This document shows positions 62,997-64,000 of a stretch of 64,000 bases of DNA, in pieces. Each line of letters starts with the position of its first letter. Position 1 is the first letter of the stretch. Below the pieces are notes generated by a model. The model did no database searches. It worked only from the letters and a program-made list of their open reading frames with translations, and was not told the DNA's origin. Both the position numbers and the translations under genes were made by a program. This stretch comes from a virus (lineage: Duplodnaviria > Caudoviricetes), in the IMG/VR virus record IMGVR_UViG_3300025016_000004; one strand, 5' to 3'.

Positions 62997-63938
62997 TTAA
63001 TTAATCTTTATATTTCTAGATAGTAATGATTCTAAGTTAAATTCCAATACTTTAGTTATATCATTAGAACCAGAAAGGTCTTGTGGTTTCATGCCTGGAT
63101 ATGGATGAACATGATTAATAAAAGCATTGATGAATAATTTCAAAAATTCCACTAAATTATCACCAAAAACCAATGGATGGGCATCTTTTATAATTTTTTG
63201 TATTTCTTTATCGGTAATCATAGAATCTTGGTCATTCAATCTAAATCTAGGGCTTCCATTCTTATGGGTTAATAAATTAATTTTATTACTAACAACATTT
63301 ACTACACCACCTAATTGATTATTTCTGGTATCATCAGATTCAGTTAAAACTACATCATGTTTAACTTGAATAAACGATGGGTTAATTGAATTAAATTTTG
63401 GTATATCTCCATTCCCTGTTGTAGAGTCAGATTGACCAGCTCTAATCAACACTTCCTTTTCTTTAAATATGATGTCAGAATTATTTCTACCTTGTATTGC
63501 TATTGTATCTAAATCTGGATATACACCTCGGTTTTCTGGTATAGTAAATGGTGCTGGTTTAGCTTGTTTAATTCCACTATTCAAAGTTGATTTTGCTGAA
63601 AATAAATCACTATCTTTTTGTAAATTTTGAGGTTGTGAAATAATAGGACCCAAATACATTCTATCAATATATGGGTTTTTCACGTCTGGTATGAAAATCA
63701 TAACCGTTTCACCTATTTTAGGTATAACATGAAAGAATTTTTGGAGCATAGGGAATGCATAGTTCAAATCACCATCTACCACAGGGTCATCTATGCCCGT
63801 TATACGTACTTTAATGCGATTTGCACCCACTTCATCATAATTTGATATAACTCTACCATAATAGAATACTGTGGTCTCTAATAGCTTACCAGAACCTTTA
63901 TTATATATACTACCACCACCGTATGCGTATTTACTCAT
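62997..63938 (-). CDS. baseplate hub/spike, gp5-like OB-fold
   Basis: GRV....D.....RIKVRI, AFPM......IPKIGE.V.I; C-terminal NHVHP metal-binding tip motif. Confidence 0.75.
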   Translation of the reverse strand: MSKYAYGGGSIYNKGSGKLLETTVFYYGRVISNYDEVGANRIKVRITGIDDPVVDGDLNYAFPMLQKFFHVIPKIGETVMIFIPDVKNPYIDRMYLGPIISQPQNLQKDSDLFSAKSTLNSGIKQAKPAPFTIPENRGVYPDLDTIAIQGRNNSDIIFKEKEVLIRAGQSDSTTGNGDIPKFNSINPSFIQVKHDVVLTESDDTRNNQLGGVVNVVSNKINLLTHKNGSPRFRLNDQDSMITDKEIQKIIKDAHPLVFGDNLVEFLKLFINAFINHVHPYPGMKPQDLSGSNDITKVLEFNLESLLSRNIKIN

Positions 63939-64000
63939 TATATTTACCCTCTTTTATTTAAAATCGCTTTACCTTTGGCATATTCAGCATCTAATTTATC

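Noticed and set aside
1-64000. tRNA or rRNA genes
   Set aside because: No cloverleaf with T-loop GTTCRA and D-loop features found by eye; a tRNAscan-SE run would be needed to exclude them fully

Overview
A 64-kb segment of a large, very AT-rich tailed phage genome with T4-like head genes (gp17 terminase, gp20 portal, gp21 protease, gp22-like scaffold, gp23 capsid) and a gp5-like baseplate hub. The host is probably Bacteroidota: more than 20 promoters match the Bacteroidota -33 TTTG / -7 TAnnTTTG consensus, and leaders are A-rich without Shine-Dalgarno sequences. Bases 1-12.8k are an early-type cluster of small genes, most with their own near-identical promoter-leader cassette. This cluster includes four promoter-driven non-coding units sharing a GGAAGAGTAGACTCCAACCTAC core, and it ends at a GC-rich G-quadruplex-like island (~12.95 kb). 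Bases 13-38 kb hold accessory and host-like genes: rmlC, thioredoxin, IF3, an ART-like protein, an LRR protein, an ABC-ATPase/GNAT pair joined by a candidate -1 frameshift, a TnpB remnant and a fractured clpC. Bases 38.5-57 kb are the head module, and 57-64 kb hold rmlB, a GIY-YIG endonuclease and baseplate genes. Six inteins interrupt four genes. The most striking system is clpC, split into two separately promoted halves. These would be rejoined by an atypically split intein (32-aa N-fragment, 146-aa C-fragment) in the second Walker A motif, with a Vsr-like endonuclease and a passenger gene between the halves. All assignments come from reading motifs by eye; no database searches were run.
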